This document shows positions 8,981-21,239 of a DNA stretch of 52,867 bases, one piece after another. The translations under genes and the position numbers were made by a program. Under the pieces are notes generated by a model that searched no databases, was not told where the DNA came from, and saw only the letters and a list, made by a program, of their open reading frames with translations. Each line of letters opens with the position of its first letter. Position 1 is the stretch's first letter. This DNA comes from Thermoleophilia bacterium (lineage in GTDB: Bacteria; Actinomycetota; Thermoleophilia; Miltoncostaeales; Miltoncostaeaceae), in assembly GCA_037138115.1 (NCBI GenBank), contig JBAXJA010000001.1, positions 1-52,867 on the forward strand, in the 5' to 3' direction.

Positions 8981-9334
8981 CTAGAACTCGAGCCCGGCTT
9001 CGCGGGCGCCGTCGGCAAGCGACTTGACCCGGCCGTGGTACAGGTATCCGCCGCGGTCGAAGACGACGCGGCTTACGCCGGCCGTCTTTCCACGCTCGGC
9101 GATGAGCTTGCCAACCTCGCCAGCAGCCGGACCCTTTGCCAACCCCTTGAGGGCGGGCTCGTGGGAGCCTGCTGCAGCCACGGTGTGGCCCTTGTCGTCG
9201 TCGATGAGCTGCGCGTAGATGCGCAGGTTCGACCGCGAGACGGACAGGCGCGGGCGCTCGGCGGTGCCGTGCACCTTGCCGCGAACGCGGCGGTGGCGCC
9301 GTGCGCGAGCGTCTCGTGTAGTGATCTGGCCCAT
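8981..9334 (-). CDS. rplR: 50S ribosomal protein L18
   Basis: 117 aa. [35 protein letters not shown]...[28 protein letters not shown] is canonical L18. Confidence 0.97.
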   Translation of the reverse strand: MGQITTRDARARRHRRVRGKVHGTAERPRLSVSRSNLRIYAQLIDDDKGHTVAAAGSHEPALKGLAKGPAAGEVGKLIAERGKTAGVSRVVFDRGGYLYHGRVKSLADGAREAGLEF

Positions 9335-9348
9335 TCCTCTCCCGTTCC

Positions 9349-9882
9349 CTATGCCCGCTTGCCGACCTTGCGGCGCACGAGCTCACCTGCGTAACGAATT
9401 CCCTTGCCCTTGTAGGGCTCCGGGGGTCGTACGCGGCGAATCTCGGCGGCGGTCTGGCCGACACGCTGCTTATCGATGCCGCTCACCGTGATCTGGGTGG
9501 GGTCCGGCACCTCGAATGTGATGCCCTCAGGCGCCTCCATGAAGACCGGGTGTGAGAAACCCACGGCGATCTCGAGGTTCGTGCCCTTCATCTGGGCACG
9601 ATAGCCCACGCCAACAAGCTCGAGCTTACGCTCGAAGCCCTCGGTGACACCGGTCACCATGTTGGCGACGAGGGTGCGCGACAGGCCGTGGAGCGCGCGA
9701 TGCGGACCACGGTCGGTCGGACGGGTCACCAGCAGTGACTCGTCCTCCTGGGCAATGCGGATGGGTTCGACCACGGTGTGCTCGAGGGTCCCCTTCGGGC
9801 CCTTCACAGTCACCTTCTGGCCGGCGATGTCCACCGTGACCCCGCTCGGGACGGGGATTGGTGCGCGTCCGATTCGACTCAA
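9349..9882 (-). CDS. rplF: 50S ribosomal protein L6
   Basis: The start is TTG 9882, preceded by GGAGGA, giving (M)[34 protein letters not shown] and 177 aa. The longer track ORF overlaps rpsH. Confidence 0.95.
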   Translation of the reverse strand: MSRIGRAPIPVPSGVTVDIAGQKVTVKGPKGTLEHTVVEPIRIAQEDESLLVTRPTDRGPHRALHGLSRTLVANMVTGVTEGFERKLELVGVGYRAQMKGTNLEIAVGFSHPVFMEAPEGITFEVPDPTQITVSGIDKQRVGQTAAEIRRVRPPEPYKGKGIRYAGELVRRKVGKRA

Positions 9883-9895
9883 CGCTGTTCCTCCC

Positions 9896-10291
9896 CTACC
9901 AGACCGTGCACAGGACTTCGCCGCCCACACCGCGGCGTCGGGCCTCATGGCCCGTGACGAGACCCTGAGAGGTCGAGATGATTGCAATTCCCATTCCACC
10001 AAGAACCTTGGGGAGGGAATCCTTGTCGGCGTACACCCGGCGGCCTGGCTTCGAAATGCGGGTGATACCGGTGATCACGCGACGGCGGTCCTGGTCGTAC
10101 TTGAGCTTCACGGTCAGGGTCGAACGGATGCCGTCAGTGCCCGCCTCGTAACCCACGATGTAGCCCTGCTCCTCGAGCACACGGGCGATCTGGGTCTTGA
10201 GCTGGCTGCCGGGCATCTCAACCTGGTCGTGAAGCGCCATATTGGCGTTACGGATGCGCGTGAGCATGTCTGCGATGGGATCGGTAAGCAT
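9896..10291 (-). CDS. rpsH: 30S ribosomal protein S8
   Basis: 131 aa. [19 protein letters not shown] is canonical S8. Confidence 0.97.
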   Translation of the reverse strand: MLTDPIADMLTRIRNANMALHDQVEMPGSQLKTQIARVLEEQGYIVGYEAGTDGIRSTLTVKLKYDQDRRRVITGITRISKPGRRVYADKDSLPKVLGGMGIAIISTSQGLVTGHEARRRGVGGEVLCTVW

Positions 10292-10298
10292 AGTTTCT

Positions 10299-10484
10299 CT
10301 ACCAGCTCGACTTGGTCATGCCCGGAATGTGCCCCATGTGGGCCTCATCGCGCAGGCAGATACGGCACAAGCCGAACTTGCGGAACACCGCGCGCGAGCG
10401 ACCGCACCGATGGCAGCGCGAGTAGGCCTGCGTCTGGTACTTGGTCGGCCGTGAGGCCTTCACTCGAAGGGATGTCTTCGCCAC
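10299..10484 (-). CDS. rpsN: 30S ribosomal protein S14, type Z (zinc-binding)
   Basis: 61 aa, with CHRCGR...CRIC cysteine pairs and a ...GMTKSSW C-terminus. Confidence 0.96.
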   Translation of the reverse strand: MAKTSLRVKASRPTKYQTQAYSRCHRCGRSRAVFRKFGLCRICLRDEAHMGHIPGMTKSSW

Positions 10485-10505
10485 TGGTTCTGGTGCCTCT
10501 CGTAT

Positions 10506-11156
10506 CTAGCGCTTGCGGCCGCGGCCGAACTTGCGCATCTTCTTGCGACGACGGGCTGCACGCTCTTCCGCGCTATAGCCCTCCGCCCGGAACGGCATGC
10601 CCAGGTGACCGAGCATTGCCCGGGCCTCTGCATCCGTCTCAGCCGACGTCGTGATGGTTACGTTCAACCCGCGAACTCGGTCGATCGTGTCGTAATCGAT
10701 CTCCGGGAAGATCGTCTGCTCCCGGAGGCCGAGGTTGTAGTTGCCGCGCCCGTCGAAACCATCCGGGTTCAGGCCCCGGAAGTCGCGGATGCGCGGCAAT
10801 GCGACCGCGGTGAGGCGGTCGAGGAACTCCCACATGCGTGCGCCGCGAAGGGTGACCTTCGCGCCGATCGGCATGCCTTCGCGCAGCTTGAACTGCGCGA
10901 TCGAATTGCGGGCGCGGGTGATCGCGGGCTTCTGGCCGGCGATCTGGCCCATCTGCTCAACGGCTTCGTCGAGGAACTTCGAGTTGACCTTGGCGTCGCC
11001 AACACCCATGTTGAGCGTGATCTTCTCGATACGCGGGTGCTGCATGGGCGACGAGTACCCGAACTCCTCCTGGAGCTTGGGACGGACCTCATCCTCAAAC
11101 ATCGCCTTAAGGCGAGCCGGCGGAATTGCGATGTCGGTATCGGTATCGGTGCTCAC
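10506..11156 (-). CDS. rplE: 50S ribosomal protein L5
   Basis: The start is GTG 11156, which overlaps the rplX stop (GTGA). [41 protein letters not shown] is canonical L5. The 216-aa product includes a basic tail of about 25 aa ([18 protein letters not shown]). Confidence 0.94.
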   Translation of the reverse strand: MSTDTDTDIAIPPARLKAMFEDEVRPKLQEEFGYSSPMQHPRIEKITLNMGVGDAKVNSKFLDEAVEQMGQIAGQKPAITRARNSIAQFKLREGMPIGAKVTLRGARMWEFLDRLTAVALPRIRDFRGLNPDGFDGRGNYNLGLREQTIFPEIDYDTIDRVRGLNVTITTSAETDAEARAMLGHLGMPFRAEGYSAEERAARRRKKMRKFGRGRKR

Positions 11157-11470
11157 GAGTCCAGTGCCTTCCCGGTACGGGTGGACACGCGCACGCGCTT
11201 CCCGTCCTTCTCCTCGATGCGAACCCGGCACGGCTTCTTGTCGGACGGGTCGATCGGCATGACGTTCGAAAGATGAATCGAGGCGGGCTTCTCGATGATC
11301 CCGCCTGGATCATCCGGCGGGCGCGCCTTGGTGTGGCGCTTGATGATGTTGATGCCCTCCACGAGCACGCGCCCCTCCACGGGGTGCACCTCGAGGACGG
11401 TGCCGGTCTTGCCGCGGTCCTTGCCCGCGATACACATGACCTCATCGCCCTTCTTCACGCGCGCCGGCAT
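11153..11470 (-). CDS. rplX: 50S ribosomal protein L24
   Basis: 105 aa. The KOW motif [24 protein letters not shown] is present. Confidence 0.96.
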   Translation of the reverse strand: MPARVKKGDEVMCIAGKDRGKTGTVLEVHPVEGRVLVEGINIIKRHTKARPPDDPGGIIEKPASIHLSNVMPIDPSDKKPCRVRIEEKDGKRVRVSTRTGKALDS

Positions 11471-11838
11471 TACAGCACCTCCGGGGCGAGCGAAACAATC
11501 TTCATGAACTGCTTCTCGCGGAGCTCTCGGGCCACTGGGCCAAAGATGCGGGTACCGCGAGGGTTCTGGGCATTGTCGATGATGACTGCCGCGTTCTCGT
11601 CAAAGGAGATGAACGTGCCGTCGTCGCGTGGGTGGGACTTCTTGGTGCGTACCACCACCGCCTTGACGACGTCGCCCTTCTTGACGGCGCCATTCGGCGT
11701 CGCCTGCTTGACGGTCGCAACGATGGTGTCACCGACGTATGCGTAACGGCGGCGACTGCCGCCGAGTACGCGGATGCAGAGGATCTCTCGAGCCCCCGTG
11801 TTGTCTGCGACGCGAAGTCGTGATTCGTTCTGGATCAT
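11470..11838 (-). CDS. rplN: 50S ribosomal protein L14
   Basis: 122 aa. [27 protein letters not shown] is canonical L14. Confidence 0.97.
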   Translation of the reverse strand: MIQNESRLRVADNTGAREILCIRVLGGSRRRYAYVGDTIVATVKQATPNGAVKKGDVVKAVVVRTKKSHPRDDGTFISFDENAAVIIDNAQNPRGTRIFGPVARELREKQFMKIVSLAPEVL

Positions 11839-11847
11839 CCCGAGCTC

Positions 11848-12120
11848 CTAACGGGCCTTCTCGATGATCTCGACGAGGCGCCACCGCTTCTGCTTGGAAA
11901 GCGGACGGCTCTCGATCACGCGCACCACGTCACCTACGCCAGCCGTGTTCTCCTCGTCGTGCGCATGCAGCTTCGTCGACTGGCGAACGGTCTTGCCGTA
12001 GATGGGGTGGCGACGCGACGTGTCGATCCGCACCGTGATGGTGCGGTCACGCGAGTCACTTGTGACGATGCCCTGACGCGTCTTGCGCCGGGATACCGAT
12101 TCTTGGGGCGTCTCAGGCAC
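11848..12120 (-). CDS. rpsQ: 30S ribosomal protein S17
   Basis: The start is GTG 12120 (8-nt overlap with the rpmC end), giving 90 aa. [32 protein letters not shown] is canonical S17. Confidence 0.93.
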   Translation of the reverse strand: MPETPQESVSRRKTRQGIVTSDSRDRTITVRIDTSRRHPIYGKTVRQSTKLHAHDEENTAGVGDVVRVIESRPLSKQKRWRLVEIIEKAR

Positions 12121-12334
12121 GGGCGGCCTCCTCTGTCGCGAGCTCCCGCTCACGCGCGATCGTAAGAATCTGGGCGATCTCGCGCTTGCGCAAACCGATC
12201 TCGCTGGTGCGCTCGAGCGACCCGGTGGGCAACTCGAAACGCAGGTTGAAGAGTGCCTGTCGGGACTCCTCGAGCTTGAGCACGAGCTGGTCTTCGGTGA
12301 GCTCACGCAGTTCACTGGCCTTCTGTGCGGGCAT
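12113..12334 (-). CDS. rpmC: 50S ribosomal protein L29
   Basis: 73 aa. [26 protein letters not shown] is canonical L29. Confidence 0.96.
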   Translation of the reverse strand: MPAQKASELRELTEDQLVLKLEESRQALFNLRFELPTGSLERTSEIGLRKREIAQILTIARERELATEEAARA

Positions 12335-12336
12335 AT

Positions 12337-12750
12337 CTATGCGTCCTCACGGATGACGAACTTGCAGCGGACGGGCAGCTTCATGGCCGCAAGGCGCATG
12401 GCCTCGCGGGCAGTCGCCTCGTCCACGCCGGACAACTCGAACATGACCTTGCCCGGCTTGACCACGGCAACCCAGCCCTCCGGTGAGCCCTTGCCGGAAC
12501 CCATGCGGGTTTCGGCGGGCTTCTTGGTGACTGGGAGATGCGGAAAGAGGTTGATCCAGACCTTGCCCTGACGCTTGATGTAGCGAGTCATCGCCACACG
12601 CGCGGCTTCGATCTGACGGTTGGTCACCCAGGCAGCCTCAAGCGACTTCAGGCCGTACTGGCCGAAGTGGACCTGCTGGTTCCCCTTGGCGAGCCCCTGA
12701 CGACGACCGCGATGGGCCTTGCGGAACTTGGTGCGCTTTGGCATCAGCAT
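12337..12750 (-). CDS. rplP: 50S ribosomal protein L16
   Basis: The start is ATG 12750, giving [23 protein letters not shown] and 137 aa. The longer track ORF overlaps rpsC. Confidence 0.96.
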   Translation of the reverse strand: MLMPKRTKFRKAHRGRRQGLAKGNQQVHFGQYGLKSLEAAWVTNRQIEAARVAMTRYIKRQGKVWINLFPHLPVTKKPAETRMGSGKGSPEGWVAVVKPGKVMFELSGVDEATAREAMRLAAMKLPVRCKFVIREDA

Positions 12751-12754
12751 GGCG

Positions 12755-13603
12755 TCACCTCGCTCCCTGAGCCGGCGGACCGTCCTGGCGCGGGGCGCCG
12801 CCCTGGCCGCCACGGCCACCCTGACCGCCGCGACCGCGACCGCCACCAGGACCGCCGCCAGCACCACCGGCGCCACCGGGACCACCTGCGCCGCCGCCGC
12901 GGTTATCGCGACGGGGGCGACGCGGAGGCATGGGAGCCTCGGCGTCGATGCTGCGACCGCGGGCGTCCACGACGCCCTCGGGCAGGACCTCACCCTTGTT
13001 GATCCACACCTTCACGCCGATACGGCCGAAGGTGGTCTTCGCCTCGGAAAAGCCGTAATCGATGTCCGCGCGCAACGTGTGGAGTGGCACACGGCCCTCC
13101 GAGTAGTGCTCGATGCGCGACATCTCAGAACCGCCGAGGCGGCCACCGCACTGGATCTTCGCGCCCTGGGCACCCGACCGCATGGCGGAGGTGAGGGCAC
13201 GCTTCATGGCGCGACGGAACGAGACGCGGTTCTCGAGCTGCTCGGCGATCGACTGGGCAACCAGCGTGGCGTCGAGCTCGGGGCGCTTGATCTCGTTGAT
13301 GTTGATCTGGATCTGCTTGCTGGTGATCGCGTTCAGCTCACGGCGAAGCGCGTCCACCTCGGAGCCACTCTTGCCGATGACGATGCCCGGACGGGCCGTA
13401 AAGATGTCAACGGTCAGCTTGGTGGCGTCCTTGCGGAGCTGGATGTCGGCCAGGCCGGCGTGGCTCAGCTTGCGCGTGATGTGCGCGCGAACCGCACGGT
13501 CCTCGTCGAGGTACGCCGCGTAGTCACGCTCGGTGTACCAATTGCTCTTCCAGCCCTGGAGGATGCCCAGGCGGAATCCGGTGGGGTGAACCTTCTGACC
13601 CAT
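12755..13603 (-). CDS. rpsC: 30S ribosomal protein S3 with a Gly/Arg-rich C-terminal tail
   Basis: 282 aa. [23 protein letters not shown] is canonical S3, with a KH domain. The C-terminal ~75 aa are rich in RGG and GGxGG. Confidence 0.96.
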   Translation of the reverse strand: MGQKVHPTGFRLGILQGWKSNWYTERDYAAYLDEDRAVRAHITRKLSHAGLADIQLRKDATKLTVDIFTARPGIVIGKSGSEVDALRRELNAITSKQIQININEIKRPELDATLVAQSIAEQLENRVSFRRAMKRALTSAMRSGAQGAKIQCGGRLGGSEMSRIEHYSEGRVPLHTLRADIDYGFSEAKTTFGRIGVKVWINKGEVLPEGVVDARGRSIDAEAPMPPRRPRRDNRGGGAGGPGGAGGAGGGPGGGRGRGGQGGRGGQGGAPRQDGPPAQGAR

Positions 13604-14049
13604 CAGGCGTCCTCTGCGGGCCCAAGCCCGATTGTGATGTGGCAGGTGCGCTTGTTGATCTTCCCGGCACGGCCCATGGCGCGCGGCTGAAACCGCTTCA
13701 TGGTCGGGCCCTCGTCAACAGTTGCGCGGGTGATGAAGAGCTCACGCACGTTCATGCCGGCGTTGTGATCTGCGTTGGCCATGGCCGACTCGAGCACCTT
13801 GCGCACCGGCACAGCGGCGTCGCGGGTGGCGAAGGCAAGGATGGCCTGAGCATTGGGGACCGACTCGCCGCGGATCAGGTCCGCAATGAGGCGCGCCTTT
13901 CGGGCGGACACACGCACGAACTTCGCGGTGGCCTCCGGGCGGGCGGGCGTGCGAGCACGGCCGTCGTCGGAACGGACCGGTGTGGCCGTCGTCGCGGCCT
14001 CTGGGGCCTCGACGTCGGTGGTCTCTGTGGTGGTCTCGGTGGTCGCCAC
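13603..14049 (-). CDS. rplV: 50S ribosomal protein L22 with a Thr/Glu-rich N-terminal extension
   Basis: The start is GTG 14049, 1 nt after the rpsS stop, giving 148 aa. The core [34 protein letters not shown] is canonical L22. About 38 aa precede it. Confidence 0.92.
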   Translation of the reverse strand: MATTETTTETTDVEAPEAATTATPVRSDDGRARTPARPEATAKFVRVSARKARLIADLIRGESVPNAQAILAFATRDAAVPVRKVLESAMANADHNAGMNVRELFITRATVDEGPTMKRFQPRAMGRAGKINKRTCHITIGLGPAEDA

Positions 14050-14050
14050 G

Positions 14051-14329
14051 TCAGCGCCTCGTCGTGGTGCGGTCGTTGCCGTGACCCTTGTAGGTCCGCG
14101 TGGGGGCGAACTCGCCCAACTTGTGACCCACGAGGCTCTCCGACACGAACACGGGCACGTGCTTCCGGCCATCGTGAACGGCGATGGTGTGCCCCACCAT
14201 CTCGGGGAAGATCGTGGACGATCGCGACCAGGTGCGAAGCATGCGCTTCTCGCCGGCGGCGTTCATGTCCTCGATCCTCTTCAGGAGCTTGGGATCCACG
14301 AAGGGACCCTTTTTCAGGCTTCGGCTCAT
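14051..14329 (-). CDS. rpsS: 30S ribosomal protein S19
   Basis: 92 aa. [20 protein letters not shown]...[11 protein letters not shown] is canonical S19. Confidence 0.97.
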   Translation of the reverse strand: MSRSLKKGPFVDPKLLKRIEDMNAAGEKRMLRTWSRSSTIFPEMVGHTIAVHDGRKHVPVFVSESLVGHKLGEFAPTRTYKGHGNDRTTTRR

Positions 14330-15174
14330 CGGCCTTCCGTGTGCTTGCCGCGCTTGCGCCCGCGGACGATCATCTTCTGGCTTGCCTTCTTCTTGTCACG
14401 CGTACGGTGACCGTTGGTTGGCTTGCCCCAGGGGGTCACCGGGTGGCGACCTGAGTTGCTCTTGCCCTCACCACCACCATGCGGGTGGTCGACCGGGTTC
14501 ATTGCTGAACCACGGACAGTCGGGCGGACGCCGCGCCAGCGGCTGCGACCGGCCTTGCCGCCCACTTCGTTCGCGTGGGACGGGTTGCCGATCTGGCCGA
14601 TTGTTGCACGGCAGTCGATGTGCACCATGCGCATCTCGGAACTCGGCAGGCGCAGGGTGGCGTAATCGCCCTCCTTCGCCATGAGCTGGGCACCAGTGCC
14701 GGCGGAGCGGCACAACTGGCCGCCACGGCCGATCTGGAGCTCGATGTTGTGCACGATCGTACCGGTGGGGATCTCACGGAGCGCCAGCGCGTTGCCGGGG
14801 CGGATGTCCGAGCCCGGACCGCTGGTCACGGTGTCACCCACTTCAAGGCGGAGCGGCGCGATGATGTAGCGCTTCTCGCCGTCGGCGTAGTGCAGCAGCG
14901 CGATGCGGGCGGTGCGGTTCGGGTCGTACTCGATCGCAGCGACCTTGGCCGGAATGCCGTCCTTCGTGCGCTTGAAGTCGATGATGCGGTAACGGCGCTT
15001 GTGACCGCCACCGATGTGGCGGGTCGTGATGCGACCATTGTTGTTACGGCCACCGGTCTTCTTGACCTTGCCCAGAAGCGACTTCTCGGGCGTGCTCTTG
15101 GTGACCTCCTCGAAGTCCGAACTCGCCACAAAGCGGCGGCCCGGCGAGGTGGGCTTATGCTTGCGAATACCCAT
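14326..15174 (-). CDS. rplB: 50S ribosomal protein L2
   Basis: 282 aa. [15 protein letters not shown]...GGGHKRRYR...[13 protein letters not shown] is canonical L2. Confidence 0.97.
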   Translation of the reverse strand: MGIRKHKPTSPGRRFVASSDFEEVTKSTPEKSLLGKVKKTGGRNNNGRITTRHIGGGHKRRYRIIDFKRTKDGIPAKVAAIEYDPNRTARIALLHYADGEKRYIIAPLRLEVGDTVTSGPGSDIRPGNALALREIPTGTIVHNIELQIGRGGQLCRSAGTGAQLMAKEGDYATLRLPSSEMRMVHIDCRATIGQIGNPSHANEVGGKAGRSRWRGVRPTVRGSAMNPVDHPHGGGEGKSNSGRHPVTPWGKPTNGHRTRDKKKASQKMIVRGRKRGKHTEGR

Positions 15175-15479
15175 CAGGCCCCCTCGAAGATGTCGATGCT
15201 GTCGCCGGGCTGGAGCTCGACGATTGCCTTCTTCCAGCCCGGGCGCGTGCCGGCGTTGCGGCCACGGCGCTTCGGCTTGGCCTTCACCGCGATGGTGCGC
15301 ACGTCGGTCACCGTGACGTCGAAAAGCTCCTCGACGGCCTGGCGGATCTCGATCTTGTGCGCATCCTCGAGCACGCGGAATGTGTACTGGTTGTGCGCCT
15401 GAACGAGCCTGTAGCTCTTCTCGGACACAACCGGGCGCACGATGGCCCGGCGGACGTCATCGCGAAGCTGCTCGCTCAT
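15174..15479 (-). CDS. rplW: 50S ribosomal protein L23
   Basis: 101 aa. [13 protein letters not shown]...YTFRV...[12 protein letters not shown] pattern. There is an ATGA overlap with the rplD stop. Confidence 0.96.
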   Translation of the reverse strand: MSEQLRDDVRRAIVRPVVSEKSYRLVQAHNQYTFRVLEDAHKIEIRQAVEELFDVTVTDVRTIAVKAKPKRRGRNAGTRPGWKKAIVELQPGDSIDIFEGA

Positions 15480-16129
15480 GCGTCATCTCCCTCGGCTGGC
15501 GGAGCGGCGGCGCCGTTCCAGCGGTCCCACACGCCGCGCTCAACGATCACGCAGCGGCCGGCCATGATGTCGACGGTCTCGATGTCGCGCGCCTCGAGCA
15601 CCCGGACGTCGCGCATGTTGCGAAACGACAGGGCCTCGATGCTGGCGGACTCGCTGACCACAACGAGCAGCGGGCGGGCCGTGATCTCGTCCGGCGTCTT
15701 TGACAGATAGTCGGCAGCGCGCTTTGTGGACGGTGCGTCCCAGCCCGTGGGCTCCATGACGGCAATCGTCCCGCGCTCCACATGGGCGCGCAGCGCCGAG
15801 CGGAATGCCTGCAAGTGGGCCTTACGGTTGACCTTGCCGCCGTAGCTGCGCGGGTGCGGACCGAACGTGATTCCACCACCGGTCCAGATGGGAGAACGGT
15901 TCGAGCCGGCACGGGCACGGCCGGTGCCCTTCTGGCGCCACGGCTTTGCGCCACCGCCGCTCACGTCGGAGCGGGTCTTGGTGCTGTGGGTACCGGCGCG
16001 ACGCCACGCCATCTCAGCCGTCACGGCCTCATGAATGAGGTGCGGCTTGATGGCCTGCGTGGCAATGACATCGCCAACGTCGGCGCTGCCGGCTGCCTTG
16101 CCGGTTGTGGAAAGGAGGTGTGCTGCCAT
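15476..16129 (-). CDS. rplD: 50S ribosomal protein L4
   Basis: GGGAKPWRQKGTGRARAGSNRSPIWTGGGITFGP is canonical L4. I prefer ATG 16129, which forms an ATGA overlap with the rplC stop and gives 217 aa. The track start at 16147 is 6 codons further upstream. Confidence 0.94.
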   Translation of the reverse strand: MAAHLLSTTGKAAGSADVGDVIATQAIKPHLIHEAVTAEMAWRRAGTHSTKTRSDVSGGGAKPWRQKGTGRARAGSNRSPIWTGGGITFGPHPRSYGGKVNRKAHLQAFRSALRAHVERGTIAVMEPTGWDAPSTKRAADYLSKTPDEITARPLLVVVSESASIEALSFRNMRDVRVLEARDIETVDIMAGRCVIVERGVWDRWNGAAAPPAEGDDA

Positions 16130-16752
16130 CAGTCGGGCCTCACCCACACGATGGAGCCGACCGCACCCGGGACGGCACCCTTGATCAGAAGAAGATTGCG
16201 CTGCACGTCACGATCGACGATCTGCAGGCCGCGCTGTGTCACCTGGCGGGCGCCCATGTGACCAGCCATACGGATGCCCTTGAAGACGCGCGCCGGGTAG
16301 GCGGCGGCTCCGATCGAACCGGGCCCACGGACATTGTGGGAGCCGTGGCTCTTGGGTCCGCTCTTGAAGTTGTGCCGCTTGATCGTTCCGGCGAAGCCCT
16401 TGCCCTTGGAGGTCCCCGTCACCTTGACGTAGGAACCGGGCACGAACGACTCCACCGTGACCATCTCACCCTCGGCGAGCTCCGCGGTTCCGACGTCGTC
16501 GGTCGAGAACTCGTGAAGGTGGCGCATCAGTGGCGAGCCAGCCTTCTTGAGGTGCCCCTGCTCGGGCATGTTGATGTGCTTGGGCTTCGCTGCCCCGAAG
16601 CCGAGTTGCACGGCGGAATAGCCGTCGCGCTCATCGGTCTTCACCTGCACGACCGGGCACGGACCCGCCTCGATGACGGTGAGCGGAATCCGCGCGCCGT
16701 CCTCGGCGAAAATCTGTGTCATGCCCACTTTGCGTCCGATGATCGCGGCCAT
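16129..16752 (-). CDS. rplC: 50S ribosomal protein L3
   Basis: 207 aa. [12 protein letters not shown]...[27 protein letters not shown] is canonical L3. Confidence 0.97.
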   Translation of the reverse strand: MAAIIGRKVGMTQIFAEDGARIPLTVIEAGPCPVVQVKTDERDGYSAVQLGFGAAKPKHINMPEQGHLKKAGSPLMRHLHEFSTDDVGTAELAEGEMVTVESFVPGSYVKVTGTSKGKGFAGTIKRHNFKSGPKSHGSHNVRGPGSIGAAAYPARVFKGIRMAGHMGARQVTQRGLQIVDRDVQRNLLLIKGAVPGAVGSIVWVRPD

Positions 16753-16754
16753 CG

Positions 16755-17066
16755 TCAGACCTTGATCTCAATGTCGACGCCAGCCGGGAGGTCGAGACGC
16801 ATGAGCGAGTCGACCGTCTTGGGCGTGGGCGAGAAAATGTCGATGAGACGCTTGTGCGTCCGCACCTCAAAGTGCTCCCGCGAGTCCTTGTCCTTGAACG
16901 GACCCTTGATGACGCAGTAGCGGTGGCACTCGGTGGGCAGAGGCACGGGACCGGAAATGGTCGCGCCACTTCGCTGCGCCGTCTCCACGATGGAGGCGGC
17001 ACTCTTGTCGATCAGCTCGTGATCGTAGGCCTTGAGCCTGATTCGGATCTTGTTCTGCGTAATCAA
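16755..17066 (-). CDS. rpsJ: 30S ribosomal protein S10
   Basis: 103 aa. [40 protein letters not shown] is canonical S10. Confidence 0.97.
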   Translation of the reverse strand: MITQNKIRIRLKAYDHELIDKSAASIVETAQRSGATISGPVPLPTECHRYCVIKGPFKDKDSREHFEVRTHKRLIDIFSPTPKTVDSLMRLDLPAGVDIEIKV

Positions 17067-17107
17067 GGTTCTGTCTTCTCGTCGTCTCTCGTCCCCGGGG
17101 AAAGCGA

Positions 17108-17143
17108 GGGCCCCGCCCCCCCTGGAAGGGGGTGACGGGGCCC
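17108..17143 (-). terminator. GC-rich stem-loop between tuf and rpsJ (possible terminator or attenuator, no U-tract)
   Basis: gggccccg (17108-17115) pairs with cggggccc (17136-17143). An inner C-run and G-run could extend the stem. The element lies 16 nt downstream of the tuf stop. Confidence 0.45.
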
Positions 17144-17158
17144 GTACTCCGCGTACCT

Positions 17159-18349
<1,191 letters not shown>

Positions 18350-18558
18350 CGCTCCTCATGCGCGTCCGAGCGGGCGTGCGACCATCGGGGTCGACACCCG
18401 CCGAGTGCTTCTCAACAAACAGGCCTGGCTCAATGATCGCGCGGCGGGTTCGCCGCGGGCTGAGTGGCCCTCGCTCCGCAAAGCCGGTGGAGAGTAGCAC
18501 GACCCACCCGGCTCGCAAGCGCGACTTCGGTGGGGCCCCAAACGCCTACCATCGGGGA

Positions 18559-21234
18559 ATGGGCGGACCCCTTGACTTCCTGCATGAACTGGGCAGAGAG
18601 GCGGCCGGCGAGGTGCGTGGCGATACTGCCACGCGCGAGCTCTACGCCGTTGATGCGAGCCTTTACCGCCGGGTTCCGGTGGGTGCGCTGCGGGCAACGG
18701 GCGCAGCGGATATCGAGGCGGCAATCGCGGCATGCCGGGATCACGCCGTCGCACTCACCATGCGTGGTGCCGGCACGAGTCTGGCCGGGCAGGCCGTTGG
18801 CCGTGGCCTGGTGGTGGATACCTCGGCGATGCGGCGCCTTGAGATACATGCGGATACCCAGATTGCAGTGGTGGAGCCGGGAGTGGTGCTCGACGACCTC
18901 AACCGGGCGGCGGGTGTTCATGGCCTGATGTTCGGGCCGGATGTGGCCACGTCGAGTCGCGCGACTCTGGGCGGGATGATCGCCAACAACTCGGCCGGGG
19001 CCCGCTCGGTGGTATACGGCCTGACCGCGGATTCGATTGAGACACTCGACGTGGTGCTGGCCGATGGAACGCGGGCGACGCTCACACGGGGAGGCGTGGT
19101 GCCCCCAGCGCTCCGGGCGGTGCGCGATATCGCGACAGCCGATGGCTTCCCCGCGCTGCTTCGCAGGGTGTCGGGCTACGCCCTCGATGCCATCGCGGGG
19201 GATGACCCCGACTGGCCGCGACTCATCGCGGGCAGCGAGGGGACCCTCGCCGTGGTCACCAGCGCGCGCCTGCGCCTGGTCAGGCCGCCCGACGAGCGGA
19301 TTCTGGTGCTCATCCCCTACCCCGACGTCACGAGCGCGCTCGAGGCGGTTCCCTCGCTGCTTGAAACCCACCCATCAGCCATTGAGCTGATGGATGCCGA
19401 CCTGCTCGACCCCGCCAACCGCGCACCGGCCGAGCGCGCGCTGCTCGGCATCGTGGGCCGCGCGCCGGCGATGCTCGTGGTGGAGCACTCCGGCGAGATC
19501 GGGGAGGCCCTCGACGCGGCACGGCGGCACGTCGGTGGCACGGTCATCAGCGACCCCTCCGACCAGGCGTCCATCTGGCGCATCCGGCGCACCAGCATCT
19601 CGCGGGCACTCCGGGTGGAGGGGGATGGCAAGCCCATTCCCTTTATCGAGGACCCCGCGGTGCCACCCCATGCCCTGGCGTCGTTTGCCGGTGAGGTGCG
19701 CCGGGTGCTGGCTGATACCGGCATGGGAGATGCCATCTGGTACGGGCACGCAAGCGTGGGATGCCTGCATATCCGCCCCATGGTCGATCTGCGCGCGCCG
19801 GGGGCGGTTATCCGCATGCGCGAGGTGGCCGAGGCCGTGGCCGACATCGTGGTGGCCCACGGCGGATCGCTATCAGGTGAGCATGGCGATGGACGCCTGC
19901 GCGGCGAACTGCTGCCCCGCATGTATGCCCCCGACCTGATGGCGCGTTTCGAAGAGACCAAGCGCATCCTTGATCCGCAGGGCATCCTCAACCCCGGGGT
20001 CATCGTGCACCCCGAGCCTCTCGACTCCGGGCTGCGCATCGCGGCATCACCTCCGCGTCAGGACATCCCGACCGCGATCCATTTCGACCGGGAAGGTGGA
20101 TTCCAGCGGGCCATCGAGGCATGCAACGGAAATGGCCAGTGCCTGCGCACCGACGAGGTGATGTGCCCGTCCTATCAGGCCCTGAATGACGAGCGGCACT
20201 CCACGCGGGGGCGTGCCGTACTGCTGCGGGCCGCCGTGGAGGGCCGTCTGCCGGGTGGTCTCGCCGACGACGGCCTGCACGAGGCACTTGGCCTGTGCCT
20301 GTCATGCAAGGCGTGCGCCACCGAATGCCCAGCTGCCGTTGATATGTCACGCCTCAAGGTCGAGGCGCTGGCCGCGAGGCACCAGGTGGTGCGGCCTGCG
20401 CTGCAGGTGACTGCGGCCGCCCACGTGCACGACCTGCTGGCTGCCGGGTCGAAGGGGTCGATGCTCGCCCGGCGCGTCGCCCGCATCGCGGCGCGCCGGA
20501 TCGGTCGGCCACTGCCCACCCCGGTGCGCGAGTGGCGCCCTCCCGGCCCCACAGGCCGCGGACGGCCCGTTGACCTGCTGGCCGATACCTTCACCCGCTT
20601 TCTGCATCCCGAGGTGGGCGATGCCGCCGTACGGGTGCTCGCCGGGGCTGGCGTACGAGTGGAAGTGCGTGTGGGTGGGTGTTGCGGCCGCCCGGCGCTC
20701 TCGCAGGGATTCCCCGACCTCGCCCGCAAGCAGGCCAGCGCGCTGCTGGATCACCTCGCGCCGCACGCCATGACTGGACGGCCGCTGGTGGTGCTGGAGC
20801 CCTCATGCTGGTCGATGCTCCTCGATGACCTGCCTGCCCTTTTGCCGCATGACCCGCGCGCCACGTGGGTGTCGGAGGTCGTGGTGTCGTTCGAACAGGC
20901 CGTCACGGACCTCGGCCTCCAGGTACCCGCCTCAAATGCGACCGTGCACTGCCACTGCCACGCGCGCGCCCTGGGCGATAAGGCGGCCGTCACGGCCGTG
21001 GGGCCAGATGCCACCGCCACCGATGCCGGGTGCTGTGGCATGGCCGGGGCATTCGGATATCAGCACCCCGCTGAGTCGCGGCTGATCGGCGAACACCGTC
21101 TCGTGCCCGCCGTGCGCGCCGCCAGCGGCCCGGTGGTGGCGGCGGGGACATCGTGCAGGCAGCAGATCGCCGACCTCACCGGAGTGGAGGCTCTTCACCC
21201 CGCCGTGCATCTGGACCGCCTGCTCAACCCATAA
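18559..21234 (+). CDS. Fused FAD-linked oxidase (GlcD-like) and 4Fe-4S/CCG-domain (GlcF-like) protein, YdiJ-like putative D-2-hydroxyacid dehydrogenase
   Basis: It has an FAD_binding_4-type N-terminus (RGAGTSLAGQAV...ATLGGMIANNSAGARS). Then come the Cys clusters CNGNGQCLRTDEVMCP and CLSCKACATECP. Two CCG motifs follow (GCCGRPA, GCCGMAGAFGY). I prefer ATG 18559 (MGGPLDFLHELG..., 891 aa), because the track start at 18358 lies only 8 nt from the tuf start. Confidence 0.85.
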   Translation: MGGPLDFLHELGREAAGEVRGDTATRELYAVDASLYRRVPVGALRATGAADIEAAIAACRDHAVALTMRGAGTSLAGQAVGRGLVVDTSAMRRLEIHADTQIAVVEPGVVLDDLNRAAGVHGLMFGPDVATSSRATLGGMIANNSAGARSVVYGLTADSIETLDVVLADGTRATLTRGGVVPPALRAVRDIATADGFPALLRRVSGYALDAIAGDDPDWPRLIAGSEGTLAVVTSARLRLVRPPDERILVLIPYPDVTSALEAVPSLLETHPSAIELMDADLLDPANRAPAERALLGIVGRAPAMLVVEHSGEIGEALDAARRHVGGTVISDPSDQASIWRIRRTSISRALRVEGDGKPIPFIEDPAVPPHALASFAGEVRRVLADTGMGDAIWYGHASVGCLHIRPMVDLRAPGAVIRMREVAEAVADIVVAHGGSLSGEHGDGRLRGELLPRMYAPDLMARFEETKRILDPQGILNPGVIVHPEPLDSGLRIAASPPRQDIPTAIHFDREGGFQRAIEACNGNGQCLRTDEVMCPSYQALNDERHSTRGRAVLLRAAVEGRLPGGLADDGLHEALGLCLSCKACATECPAAVDMSRLKVEALAARHQVVRPALQVTAAAHVHDLLAAGSKGSMLARRVARIAARRIGRPLPTPVREWRPPGPTGRGRPVDLLADTFTRFLHPEVGDAAVRVLAGAGVRVEVRVGGCCGRPALSQGFPDLARKQASALLDHLAPHAMTGRPLVVLEPSCWSMLLDDLPALLPHDPRATWVSEVVVSFEQAVTDLGLQVPASNATVHCHCHARALGDKAAVTAVGPDATATDAGCCGMAGAFGYQHPAESRLIGEHRLVPAVRAASGPVVAAGTSCRQQIADLTGVEALHPAVHLDRLLNP

Positions 21235-21239
21235 AACGA

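Noticed and set aside
8967-9464. The 5' extension of the S5 ORF (the 403-aa version in the track).
   Set aside because: It overlaps rplR and rplF in another frame. The S5 homology begins at ATG 8966 (MAERRREK...). The extension is Arg/Pro-rich nonsense.
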